DNA from: an uncultured Gammaproteobacteria bacterium
GTDB lineage: Bacteria; Patescibacteriota; Microgenomatia; UBA8517
Reading direction: 5' to 3'
DNA length: 64,000 nucleotides
NCBI GenBank assembly: GCA_964645605.1
Contig: CAZYCE010000001.1
Span: 64,063 to 128,062, forward strand
In this document: positions 1-9,443 of the stretch, in pieces
Numbering within the stretch: the first letter of the stretch is position 1
How the letters are laid out: every line of letters begins with the position of its first letter
The notes under the pieces: model-generated
Database searches by the model: none
What the model was told of the DNA's origin: nothing
Seen by the model: the letters and a program-made list of their open reading frames with translations, nothing else
Program-made: the position numbers and the translations under genes

Positions 1-1
1 C

Positions 2-640
2 GCCAGTTACAAAAAAAGGCCTTATGAGGTAAAAGACATCTTGGATAATTTAAGCCGTAGGCAAAAGCATTTAATTGATTTGATAGTTGATGCAGGAAAG
101 CTTCCTGTAAGGGATCCTTCCACTGTAATTGATACAACTTTGGACGAGCCGGTAACGCTAAGACAGGGTGAAATTAAATTTTCTGACAAGAATGAGGTAT
201 TAAGTACCAGCGAAGAGGCAACACAAAACTTGGCCAAAGAAATTTGGCAAAAAAATGAACCATACTCCGGCAAACGTTCTATCATTTTTGCACTTCAGGG
301 AGAAATGGGCGCAGGAAAAACCCAGTTCACAAAGGGTCTGGCGCGAGCAATGGGAATTACTGAGCTTGTCACCTCCCCAACCTTTGCCATTGAGAACGAA
401 TACAAAACCGGACCAAAGAAGCTGTATCATTTTGACGCTTGGAGATTGGAAAACTCAAATGAGTTGTCTTCTTTGGGAATTGAAGATCTTATTGAACAAA
501 AGTCTGTTATTTCTGTAGAATGGGCAGAGAAAGTTGCCGATATTATTCGTGGGTTTGATGATGAAGCAATAATAATCTGGGTTAAGATAGGCTTTGGAAA
601 TAAGGATAATGAAAGAAAGATCATCTGGGGAAACTTATAG
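2..640 (+). CDS. tsaE: 5'-partial ORF open to the window edge. N-terminal part resembles the C-terminal domain of TsaC/YrdC/Sua5 (…PSTVIDTT…TLRQGEI), fused in frame to a TsaE (YjeE) P-loop domain (GEMGAGKT). TsaC-TsaE fusion protein.
   Basis: No stop codon between position 2 and 640 in this frame. Walker A motif GEMGAGKTQF. YrdC-like C-terminal STVID…LRQG motif upstream of the TsaE domain. The ORF-track start at 41 is only the first internal Met. Confidence 0.6.
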   Translation, partial: ASYKKRPYEVKDILDNLSRRQKHLIDLIVDAGKLPVRDPSTVIDTTLDEPVTLRQGEIKFSDKNEVLSTSEEATQNLAKEIWQKNEPYSGKRSIIFALQGEMGAGKTQFTKGLARAMGITELVTSPTFAIENEYKTGPKKLYHFDAWRLENSNELSSLGIEDLIEQKSVISVEWAEKVADIIRGFDDEAIIIWVKIGFGNKDNERKIIWGNL

Positions 641-1142
641 CAAATCGTATATCGCAATTCCTATCTTGGAAAGTCCTCTGTTCAAATGGGTACAGAGCAT
701 TAACGGAAATAAAAAGTTTTACCATATTACTATACTTTTTCTAGGAGCTTTAAACGACAAAACACTTCCGGAAGTAAAAGATATAATGTCTTATCTTCCG
801 AAAACAGAAAACCACCTGCCAATCATTCCCGAGAAACTTGATTTTATAGGAGCAAATAGAGATACTTTTGTGTTAAAAATTAGAAATACTGATGAGCTCT
901 CAGAAATAAGGGAAATGCTTGAAGAAAGATTGCCAAAAAATGAGTTTAGCGGCCAGCCTTTTGTGCCTCATATAACTATTAAGGCTGCCAAAAGAGGCGA
1001 CTTTTGCAAGTATGAGAGAGATAAACTTTTGGATATAAATGACAGAAGTAAAACCCTGGAATCATTTACGGCGAATACGATTGGTCTTTATTATCGAACT
1101 GAAGAAGGAGCGACTGCCCTCCTTTTTTCGAAAAAAATATGA
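594..1142 (+). CDS. 2H phosphoesterase superfamily protein (LigT/ThpR-like RNA 2',3'-cyclic phosphodiesterase). True start is probably downstream of 594.
   Basis: Two H-x-T-x motifs (HITILFLG and HITIKAAK) spaced as in 2H phosphoesterases. Overlaps the tsaE 3' end, so the start codon is uncertain. Confidence 0.5.
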   Translation: MEIRIMKERSSGETYSKSYIAIPILESPLFKWVQSINGNKKFYHITILFLGALNDKTLPEVKDIMSYLPKTENHLPIIPEKLDFIGANRDTFVLKIRNTDELSEIREMLEERLPKNEFSGQPFVPHITIKAAKRGDFCKYERDKLLDINDRSKTLESFTANTIGLYYRTEEGATALLFSKKI

Positions 1143-2164
1143 AAATACTTGCAATAGATACCAGTTGTGATGAAACCTCGGCAGCAGTAACTGAAGGGGC
1201 GTCTGTCCTTTCCAACATTATCTGGTCTCAGGCTGCCTCTCATGCAAAATTCGGCGGGGTTATGCCCTCATTGGCACGGCGAATGCATGAAGAAAGAATA
1301 GACTGGGTAATTAAGAAAGCAATTAACAATTCACAATTAACAATTAACAATTTGGACGCAATTGCGGTCACGGTAGGACCCGGGCTTTCGATAGCCTTGG
1401 GTGTTGGAATTGATCGGGCCAAGAAATTGTCAATCAGACATAAAAAGCCGTTAATTGCCGTTAACCACCTCGAGGGACACATCTTGAGTTCACTTGTGAA
1501 CTCAGGAATTTCCAATTTCCAATTTTCGAGTCTCAAATTCCCAAGTTTGGGATTGGTGATTTCCGGAGGTAATACCGTGCTCGTTAAGATAAACGGAATT
1601 GGTTCATACGAAACGCTTGCCCAAACAACCGATGACGCTCTTGGGGAGGCACTTGACAAATCAGCCAGAATGCTTGGACTTGGTTATCCTGGCGGGGCAG
1701 TTTTGGAAAAAATGGCCAGGCTCGGAGACGATACCAAATTCACTCTCCCAGTACCCATTGCCGGACAGGAAAAAAGACAAATATTTACCTATTCCGGTTT
1801 AAAAACTGCGATGATGAGAGAAATTGGCAAAGAGGGAAAGCTAACAAGGGAAAATATTTATGATCTTTCCGCAACTTTCCAAAATGTGGCATTTAGGCAC
1901 ATTGAAAGAATTTTGGATTACATTTTCAGGAAATATGATTTTAGAAATACTGTCCTACTTGTCGGGGGCGGTGTTTCCGCAAACGTTGAGATACGAAAAA
2001 GATTGAGAAAAGTTTGCAAAAAATATTCGATTGAACCACTCTTCCCAGGATCCAAGAAACTATATGGGGACAACGCCGCGATGATAGGAGTCGCAGCATA
2101 TCTAAATCAAGATTTTGTAGATCCGACTAAGATAGATCGGGAACCAAACTTAAAACTGGCCTAA
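1139..2164 (+). CDS. tsaD: tRNA N6-adenosine threonylcarbamoyltransferase TsaD (Kae1/Gcp family).
   Basis: N-terminal MKILAIDTSCDETSAAV, VGPGLSIALGVG, NHLEGH and GGGVSAN motifs typical of TsaD. Adjacent to tsaE. Confidence 0.85.
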   Translation: MKILAIDTSCDETSAAVTEGASVLSNIIWSQAASHAKFGGVMPSLARRMHEERIDWVIKKAINNSQLTINNLDAIAVTVGPGLSIALGVGIDRAKKLSIRHKKPLIAVNHLEGHILSSLVNSGISNFQFSSLKFPSLGLVISGGNTVLVKINGIGSYETLAQTTDDALGEALDKSARMLGLGYPGGAVLEKMARLGDDTKFTLPVPIAGQEKRQIFTYSGLKTAMMREIGKEGKLTRENIYDLSATFQNVAFRHIERILDYIFRKYDFRNTVLLVGGGVSANVEIRKRLRKVCKKYSIEPLFPGSKKLYGDNAAMIGVAAYLNQDFVDPTKIDREPNLKLA

Positions 2165-2175
2165 TTCGTGCTACA

Positions 2176-4233
2176 ATGTTAGCCATGGAACCTACTTACG
2201 ATCACAAAAAATTTGAGTCTGCCATTTACCACAAATGGGAAAAATCGGCAGCATTTACCCCCAAGCCCGATAAAAACAAAAAACCTTTTTCTATTCTCAT
2301 GCCTCCCCCAAATGCAAGCGACCCCCTTCATATAGGACATGCCAGATTTGTCGCCATTGAAGACGTTTTGATCCGCTATCACAGAATGAAAGGAGATGCT
2401 ACTCTTTGGTTGCCCGGTGCAGATCATGCCGGAGTAGAAACCCAGTTTGTGTTTGAACGTAAACTTCGTGAAAAAGGCCAGTCCCGCTTTGATTTTGATC
2501 GTGAGACTCTTTACAGGATGATTCGGGAGGATGTCCAAAAAAATAAAGGTATCATGGAGGCTCAAATGCGTAAACTTGGCGCGTCTTGCGATTGGACAAG
2601 GTTCAAATTTACACTAGATGCCGATATTGTAAAAGAGGTCTATTCGACCTTTAAAAAACTTTACGACGAAGGTCTTGTTTACCGAGGCGAAAGAATTGTC
2701 AATTATTGCCCAAGGTGCGGAACCGCATATTCGCAACTTGAAGTGGATTACGTCGAGCGAGATGATAAATTTTATTACCTTGACTATGGAAGCATAACCA
2801 TAGCCACTACCCGCCCGGAAACGATATTTGCCGATGTTGCCGTGGCCGTCAACTCCAAAGACGAAAGATTTAAAAAATTGGTAGGATTAACCGCAAAAAT
2901 ACCGCTCATTAACCGCGAAGTTCCGATTATTGCCGACGGTCTTGTTGATATTGCAACGGGAACTGGAGCTTTAAAAATCACGCCTGCTCATGACCCAGCC
3001 GACTTTGAGATCGGACAAAGGCATAAACTTCCCGCAATATCCGTAATTGATGGGTCAGGCAGAATGATTGGCACTCCGGAGAAATATGTCGGAATGAAGG
3101 TAGAGTCAGCTCGCGAAGAGGTTGTAAAAGACTTGATGAAAGCCGGAAAAATATTAAAAGTTGAGGTAATCCACCATACGGTTGGTACCTGCTATAGGGA
3201 CCATAGCACGATAGAGCCGACAATTTCAAAACAGTGGTTTTTGGAGGTTAAACCGTTAGTCAAAAAGTCTATGGAAGCCGTCAAAAAAGGCGAAGTGAAG
3301 TTTGCAGCCAAAAGATATGAGAAAATTGCCAAAAATTGGTATAAAAATCTTAAAGACTGGAATATAAGCCGACAGATTGTTTGGGGTATTCAAATTCCGG
3401 CGTGGAGGTGCGAGAGGTGTCTTGAATGGACCATCACTGACGGCCAGGTCCCAACCACGTGCGATAATTGTAGGCACAATAAATTAGTTCGGGATACGGA
3501 CACTTTTGATACATGGTTTTCCTCAGGACAATGGCCTTTCGCAACCCTTAAAACAACCAAACCGGGAGATTTCGAATATTTTTATCCCACATCCGTTATG
3601 GAAACCGCTTATGACATTCTCCCCTTCTGGATAATTAGAATGATAATGCTGGGCATCTACGTTACAGGTGAAGTTCCTTTCAAGGTAGTTTTGATACATG
3701 GACTGATACGCGATAAACAGGGTCAAAAGATCAGTAAATCAAAAGGTAATGTAATTGACCCGATCGAAATGGCCGACAAATACGGCGCTGATGCTCTCCG
3801 GATGGGTATTCTTTGGGGAGCCTTGGTGGAAAACGATGTTTCCTTATCAGAGGAAAACATCAATGCCCAAAGAAAATTCTGTAATAAGCTTTGGAACGCT
3901 TCCCGTTTTATTTCGGGATTTTCGGCCAAATCAAAAACGAACGAACCCTTTGATAAACATCTACATGAAGTCGTCAAAGAAACTACAAAATATCTTGAAA
4001 AATACAAATTGAATCAGGCTGCGGAGCTTTTATACTCGGAATTTTGGCACTGGTTTTGCGATGAATGCATCGAAAACTCAAAGAAGGGAGAGATCGGAGC
4101 AAAACAGATGAAAAAAGGTTTAGTAACCTTTCTGAAACTGCTTCATCCTTTCATGCCTTTTATCACAGAGCAAATTTGGGATCAGATTGGGGAAAAAGAA
4201 CTTCTGGTTACCTCCTCCTGGCCTACCCCGTAA
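2176..4233 (+). CDS. valS: Valine--tRNA ligase (class I), C-terminally short at 685 aa. It ends near the start of the usual C-terminal tRNA-binding/coiled-coil extension.
   Basis: PPPNASDPLHIGH (HIGH motif), WLPGADHAGVETQ, KISKSKGN (KMSKS motif), and a CP1-region NYCPRCGTAY zinc knuckle. Overall collinearity with ValRS rather than IleRS/LeuRS. Confidence 0.8.
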   Translation: MLAMEPTYDHKKFESAIYHKWEKSAAFTPKPDKNKKPFSILMPPPNASDPLHIGHARFVAIEDVLIRYHRMKGDATLWLPGADHAGVETQFVFERKLREKGQSRFDFDRETLYRMIREDVQKNKGIMEAQMRKLGASCDWTRFKFTLDADIVKEVYSTFKKLYDEGLVYRGERIVNYCPRCGTAYSQLEVDYVERDDKFYYLDYGSITIATTRPETIFADVAVAVNSKDERFKKLVGLTAKIPLINREVPIIADGLVDIATGTGALKITPAHDPADFEIGQRHKLPAISVIDGSGRMIGTPEKYVGMKVESAREEVVKDLMKAGKILKVEVIHHTVGTCYRDHSTIEPTISKQWFLEVKPLVKKSMEAVKKGEVKFAAKRYEKIAKNWYKNLKDWNISRQIVWGIQIPAWRCERCLEWTITDGQVPTTCDNCRHNKLVRDTDTFDTWFSSGQWPFATLKTTKPGDFEYFYPTSVMETAYDILPFWIIRMIMLGIYVTGEVPFKVVLIHGLIRDKQGQKISKSKGNVIDPIEMADKYGADALRMGILWGALVENDVSLSEENINAQRKFCNKLWNASRFISGFSAKSKTNEPFDKHLHEVVKETTKYLEKYKLNQAAELLYSEFWHWFCDECIENSKKGEIGAKQMKKGLVTFLKLLHPFMPFITEQIWDQIGEKELLVTSSWPTP

Positions 4234-4302
4234 AATCGCTCCTTAAACCGTATTTGAGTAACACTGGAAAAGCGAAAGGAAAGGTTTATCGGGTCCGAAA
4301 AT

Positions 4303-5220
4303 TTAAGGTTTAATTGTTGCAGATGGAGAGCTTGTGGGGCTTGCCTTTGGAATCGCCGTAGATGTAGCCTCAGGAAATTTAAATGTGGAGAGAACCTGAT
4401 CAAATTCGGTTTCTATCTGTAACACTTGCTGATTGTCGTACGAATCAGGATAACTTAATGTCAGCGAATAGGTTTTACCGGAGACCTCGAAAACTCCTAA
4501 GCTATTTTCTAGGGAATTTGTAATTCCGACTATTGTCATTTTAGTGACCGGGTCTTCGGATTTAAATTTATAAAGTTGATAACCATCAACTGTCACTTCT
4601 GTACCTTCATAATCTTTGCCCAGTCCTCCTATTCCAACCATGTTCGCATAAAATGATAAATTCGCTTTGTCTTTATTTAATTTGATTTGGATGTTTTCCT
4701 TCCGGTCGTCGCCGTTCTCGTTGGTCAAATCGATTGTCCATGTGGGGGGGTATTTAAAACTGAATTTTTCTGTGGGATTGGTATATATTTCCCAATTTAC
4801 AGTTGGATTCGGGGTGGTTGTTGGAATTACCTCTGTCACAGGCGTAGGCTCAGGGGTTGGCGATTCCACATTAAAGAATTTTGTCCAAAGTAGATAACCA
4901 CCTGCCACAAGAATGGCAAGAAGCATAAGAATTACCGCTATCATTAAAATCGGCGAATTCTTTTTTGTAGGAGGCTCGACCGGCGTTTGGCTTACGAGAG
5001 GTTCCGGTGGCTGGTCAACGGGAGGATTTGTTATGGTGGGTGGTGTTACAGGCTCAGGTGTGATAGGGGTAGTGGGCTCGACAACTGGCTGCACGGGAGT
5101 TGCCGGTGGAGCCGTAACGGTGGGTGTTTCTTCCAAAGGGGGCGGAATCTGTACCTCAGGTTGCACCGGTTCCACAGGAGTGTAATTTTCCCCTTGCGGG
5201 ACAGTTGCGTTTGGGTCCAT
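4303..5220 (-). CDS. Pro/Thr-rich membrane-anchored (type II) extracellular protein.
   Basis: Long P/T/E/V-rich N-terminal region, then one hydrophobic helix (SPILMIAVILMLLAILVAGGYLLW), then a globular C-terminal domain. Confidence 0.45.
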   Translation of the reverse strand: MDPNATVPQGENYTPVEPVQPEVQIPPPLEETPTVTAPPATPVQPVVEPTTPITPEPVTPPTITNPPVDQPPEPLVSQTPVEPPTKKNSPILMIAVILMLLAILVAGGYLLWTKFFNVESPTPEPTPVTEVIPTTTPNPTVNWEIYTNPTEKFSFKYPPTWTIDLTNENGDDRKENIQIKLNKDKANLSFYANMVGIGGLGKDYEGTEVTVDGYQLYKFKSEDPVTKMTIVGITNSLENSLGVFEVSGKTYSLTLSYPDSYDNQQVLQIETEFDQVLSTFKFPEATSTAIPKASPTSSPSATIKP

Positions 5221-5518
5221 ACTCTAGACTAACACATGTCAACGCCCGAGGTCAATAATAACAATAAACTTCTTCTTTTCGTGATCACTTGCTTCGTCTT
5301 GCTAATGTTGAGTTTTATTAACATTAAAAATTATATGTCGCCAAAGTTTGTTCCGGAAAAGGTATTGGGCGCCGATATACACATTAGTGCAACTGAAGAG
5401 TTCTGGGATAAATTCTTAAGTGAAAATCCCAACTATCTTCCCGGATGGATTGAAATCGGAAGAGAAGACAAGGCCTACGCCCTTGATCCAAACTTCCAGC
5501 CATAATCTCCGATGGGCT

Positions 5519-6214
5519 TTATTTCTGAGGTTCTTCTTTAGGAGTCTCCCCTGAGCCTGCGGGTTGACCTTCGGTCGGGACCTCACCTTCTGCAAGCGTT
5601 TCTCCTTCAGCAGGAGCCTCACCTTCAACCGGCGCCGGAGTCTCAATAACCTCTTCCTTTTGAGGAGGTTCAACTTTAGCAACAATTGCCTCAAGGTCAC
5701 TTTTAATTTCTACTTTCGACTTTTCATATTTAAGATCTTTGACCAAGATAGACTGGTCAACCTCCGTAAGAGTACTTATATCAACCTCAAATCTTTCAGG
5801 TAGATCTGCCGGCAAGGCTTCAACCTTAATCTCGTTAACATATTGGACTACGGTTCCGAATGCTTGTTTTTCTGCAGGAGATTCTCCAGAAAGTTCAACC
5901 GGGATATCGGCCTCGACCTTTTCCTTAAGATCAACCTGCAAAAAGTCTACATGAATAATCTCATCTGTAATTGGGTGGTATTGAAGATTGTGAATTAAGA
6001 CGGGCTTTTCGTCGCTTCCCACGGAAAGCATCAGAAGACCTGTTTCTCCTGTTTCTCTAAATGTCTTTTCGAAATCTTTAAGGTTTACCTGAACCGATTG
6101 AGATTTTATTTTTTTGCCATAAACATTCCCAGGCAAAATTCCTTCTTTTCTGAGATTTTTTACCTTACGGCCCTCAACTGTTCTTTTTTCTGCTTTGAGT
6201 ACCATTTTTGCCAT
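5519..6214 (-). CDS. rplY: Ribosomal protein L25 / general stress protein Ctc, with an acidic Glu/Pro-rich C-terminal extension.
   Basis: N-terminal L25 fold signature (AEKRTVEGRKVKNLRKEGILPGNVYG…). C-terminal 60 aa are E/P/A/G-rich. Confidence 0.7.
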   Translation of the reverse strand: MAKMVLKAEKRTVEGRKVKNLRKEGILPGNVYGKKIKSQSVQVNLKDFEKTFRETGETGLLMLSVGSDEKPVLIHNLQYHPITDEIIHVDFLQVDLKEKVEADIPVELSGESPAEKQAFGTVVQYVNEIKVEALPADLPERFEVDISTLTEVDQSILVKDLKYEKSKVEIKSDLEAIVAKVEPPQKEEVIETPAPVEGEAPAEGETLAEGEVPTEGQPAGSGETPKEEPQK

Positions 6215-8854
6215 TTATAAAGAAAGTTTCGCAAAGAGATCACGAACCAGTGTTGTATTATATAGGTAACCGCCGCCATCGGTCAAGGTAAAAGTTGGGT
6301 TGCTGGCCAAAATCTTTGTTGAAGGGTATAAAGTGATACTTACCGGGTAGCCATCAACTCCCGCCTGCTTTCTAAAATAGAGATTGTATTGCGCTATAGA
6401 CTTGTCGATCTTTCCACTCCAACTAAAAGATATTTTTTTTGTCTCCCCAGCCAACACTTCGATAAGTATTCCTATTTCTTTTCGTCCTTTGGCATCCGTT
6501 ACTTCGGGCGTCAATATTTGCGTATTCTGACCGATACTGCTTTCGACTTCAATGTCGGTAACATCCTGAGGAACAAGTAGTCTGATATAAGATTTATACC
6601 TCCCTGAAATACCAAGCTCTGTGTTTGCGGAATTTTGCAAAGTTAAAATTATATTCCTATTTGCTTGCCCATCTTCAATTTTTACAACTATATCTGCCGA
6701 TCTTTTTATAAAATAATTAGATTTATTACAACCAACGTTTGCCTCCACAATACCCAACAAGTCTGAATAGCATGCCCCGCTGCAAACGGGAATAAATACC
6801 GACCCGTCCCAACCAAGGTTGTTTATGGATCTCTGGAAATCCGAATCGTGCAAAAATATTTGTATATGTCTTTCATTTAAACTTTCGTATGCCAGTCTCA
6901 TTGCAGAAAATTTTTGCGGAGATGACAAGCCTCCAATTTTTTCAAGTGATCCCCTTGAGAGAGCCGTTAAAAAACTTGCCTTTTTGTGGGTACCGGGGAA
7001 AAAACCATCCTGTACTTCAGATTGGACACGTTCATATAAATTGCTTGAGTTAATTTCCATATTATAGTCAGACAAAAATACCGGACCGGAAATATCCAAA
7101 AAATTTTTAATTGGGTAAAGATCTATCGAGACAACTCCATCTACTTCTTTATCCATCTCCTTATTTAAAAACCATTCTGCGCGCTTGGCGGATGTTGGAA
7201 AATCGGGGTCCCAATTTGAATCTCGAAACCACCAGTTTGCTTCATTTAAATAGTTTTTTATGGGTGCCGGTGGTTCCACATGGCCATTAAGTTGGCCGTC
7301 TGCCGAATAGATGTCACTAATTGTAAAATCTGAAAGTCTTCCCTTATCAAAAGTCAGAAGACCATATGAACCAATAAAACCTCCGGTTGGACGAAGCTCC
7401 ATATTGTTTTCAAAAAGAATTAAATATGTTTTACTTTTTTCCTCACCCAAAACCTCCGGAAGCTTCCCTGTCATGACAACCATTTGTGAGGTGAGCTGTC
7501 TATAGGTCCCAATATTGATTTTTGATAAAACAAGTCCCGCTAAAAGCGAGCCTTTGTTTTTACTTTTAATACTTCTCTCTTCAAAATCAGATAGTTCGTT
7601 ATAGATCCTTTGCGTCCCCTCCTGAAAACCAGCTAGGACGGTTGAAACCGAGTATGGGTTTTTACTCAAAACGTTGCTAATTAACTCCTCGCCGGTCCTA
7701 ATAAGCGGAATGCTATTTGCGCCGATAACGGAAACTTTACTAAAAGTATCGGAGGCATATTCTGTCTCCTTGTATACCTGCCCAATAAGCGGAACGTGTT
7801 TTAGATAACTGCTTTCAAGTCGCGAGGGCGCTGAGATAGCTTTTACGATATATAGTAAAGCGTGAGCAACTTGGTCGTGTCCTGATCGAAATTGAAGAAA
7901 AGATAAATAAGATAAGCCGGCCGAGACGATCCCGGCAAAAAGAGGAAATAATAATATTATAAGAATGGTTGTCCACAATATTCTTAACTTACGCCGTGGT
8001 GCTTTGTTTGTGTTTACAAGTTTTTTTGTTTCAACGGTAATCTTTTTGGAGACAACCTTTTGGGTTTCCTGATAATGGCTGGGGTTCTTGCTGATCCATT
8101 TATATGTTTCCGTCAGTAGAAATCCAAGATCCCTATTAATGCGATAATTTTCTATACTTTCCGGTAGTTCAATTTCGGCACAGGAATTAATCGATTTTAT
8201 TTTGATATCACCGATGAGTTTAGCGTTGGCTTGCCAAAATACATTGGCTGATGTGTCAGGTCCTATTAAGGATACTTCCCTTCCATACGGTCCAAATGCA
8301 AAAAGCCACTTCACTATTTGTCGAGCCGCGTCATTAACAAAAATCGGATAAAGTAAGTCCCCCACGGGAACGGTATATGTTCTATTATTTATAATTTCAT
8401 TTAAATAATTGCTTATCTTTAAGTTGCTGTCCAAATCTAGGCGGGGCCCCAATAAATCTCCTACATATATTGTTCCAATGTTGTCTGTTAAATTTAAGCG
8501 TCTACTCGAGAGCGCGCCGTAAGCTTCCCTGGGTACTATCAATAATGTTTTTTTGCCATAGGTGTTTGTATTTTTTAAAAATTTCTCAATGTCAATCCAT
8601 GACTTTGTTTTATCTATAAATCCTGCGCAAGAGATAATATAGTTGCAGGCAATATCTTTTCTTAAAGTCCCGTAAGCGATAATACTAAATCTACTTGTTG
8701 CTGCAATGTTTTTCGTCTTATCCCTCCAACCTTTTATATTTTCAGTGATTACATTGACAAAACAGTTATTAGACAGGAGATTTTCCAAAATGTTCACGGC
8801 AAGAAAGTTTGGATCTGAGTATAGACAGACGAGGGATCTTTCGATTGAATTCAT
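6215..8854 (-). CDS. Large (879 aa) membrane protein. N-terminal Rossmann-like (epimerase-like) cytoplasmic domain, one TM segment, and a large extracytoplasmic domain (DUF4012-like, by recollection of similar Patescibacteria proteins).
   Basis: Single long ORF. Hydrophobic segment ILWTTILIILLFPLFAGIVSAGLSYL near residue 290. No recognisable catalytic motif. Confidence 0.4.
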   Translation of the reverse strand: MNSIERSLVCLYSDPNFLAVNILENLLSNNCFVNVITENIKGWRDKTKNIAATSRFSIIAYGTLRKDIACNYIISCAGFIDKTKSWIDIEKFLKNTNTYGKKTLLIVPREAYGALSSRRLNLTDNIGTIYVGDLLGPRLDLDSNLKISNYLNEIINNRTYTVPVGDLLYPIFVNDAARQIVKWLFAFGPYGREVSLIGPDTSANVFWQANAKLIGDIKIKSINSCAEIELPESIENYRINRDLGFLLTETYKWISKNPSHYQETQKVVSKKITVETKKLVNTNKAPRRKLRILWTTILIILLFPLFAGIVSAGLSYLSFLQFRSGHDQVAHALLYIVKAISAPSRLESSYLKHVPLIGQVYKETEYASDTFSKVSVIGANSIPLIRTGEELISNVLSKNPYSVSTVLAGFQEGTQRIYNELSDFEERSIKSKNKGSLLAGLVLSKINIGTYRQLTSQMVVMTGKLPEVLGEEKSKTYLILFENNMELRPTGGFIGSYGLLTFDKGRLSDFTISDIYSADGQLNGHVEPPAPIKNYLNEANWWFRDSNWDPDFPTSAKRAEWFLNKEMDKEVDGVVSIDLYPIKNFLDISGPVFLSDYNMEINSSNLYERVQSEVQDGFFPGTHKKASFLTALSRGSLEKIGGLSSPQKFSAMRLAYESLNERHIQIFLHDSDFQRSINNLGWDGSVFIPVCSGACYSDLLGIVEANVGCNKSNYFIKRSADIVVKIEDGQANRNIILTLQNSANTELGISGRYKSYIRLLVPQDVTDIEVESSIGQNTQILTPEVTDAKGRKEIGILIEVLAGETKKISFSWSGKIDKSIAQYNLYFRKQAGVDGYPVSITLYPSTKILASNPTFTLTDGGGYLYNTTLVRDLFAKLSL

Positions 8855-8999
8855 GTTACCTAATATTTTACCGCAAGTAATAAATTTTTATTTAATTAAA
8901 ATTTTGCAGGAAAAATAGTTTTCAGGTTGGGTAAATATATACTTAATTTCCGGCGCTACAGGGAACGTGAAATTTTCACAGAATGTTTCCCGAAATTTA

Positions 9000-9419
9000 T
9001 TAATGCCGATCAAGTTCGTTATTAAGCAGAAGGTCGGCAACTATATTTTCCTCTCTGGGGATATTTTTAAAGCTAACTATTTTTCCAATTTCACCTATAA
9101 TTTTTTTAATTAGACAACTTCTCGTATAAAGTTCAACATTTTTAATTTTATAAATTCCGTTTAGCTGCTTTACAACCAACTCAGAGTCTAAAAAAAAATC
9201 GACACTGTCCGTTTCTAAATCCTTAATTTTCTTATATAGCCAATTAAGGGCAAGGATTACTCCTTCGTATTCTGCTATGTTATTGGTAGTTTTACCCAAA
9301 TATTTCGATTGCTTTTTTAAAATTCTATCGCCCTGTTCTGCTATAAAAGCGCACGCCGCCGGTCCTGGGTTCCCTCTAGACCCACCGTCGGTGTGAATTG
9401 TCAAAACATTCTTTTGCAT
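9000..9419 (-). CDS. rnhA: Ribonuclease HI.
   Basis: TDGGSRGNPGPAACAFI…EYEGVILAL motif pattern of the RNase H fold (DEDD catalytic residues context). Confidence 0.8.
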   Translation of the reverse strand: MQKNVLTIHTDGGSRGNPGPAACAFIAEQGDRILKKQSKYLGKTTNNIAEYEGVILALNWLYKKIKDLETDSVDFFLDSELVVKQLNGIYKIKNVELYTRSCLIKKIIGEIGKIVSFKNIPREENIVADLLLNNELDRH

Positions 9420-9443
9420 GCAACTAGTGTAACAGAAAAATTG

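Noticed and set aside
2179-2565. 128-aa minus-strand ORF inside valS (similar antisense ORFs inside dnaN at 14692-15219 and kbl at 50502-50846)
   Set aside because: Fully embedded antisense to strongly supported conserved genes, with no motifs. Spurious.
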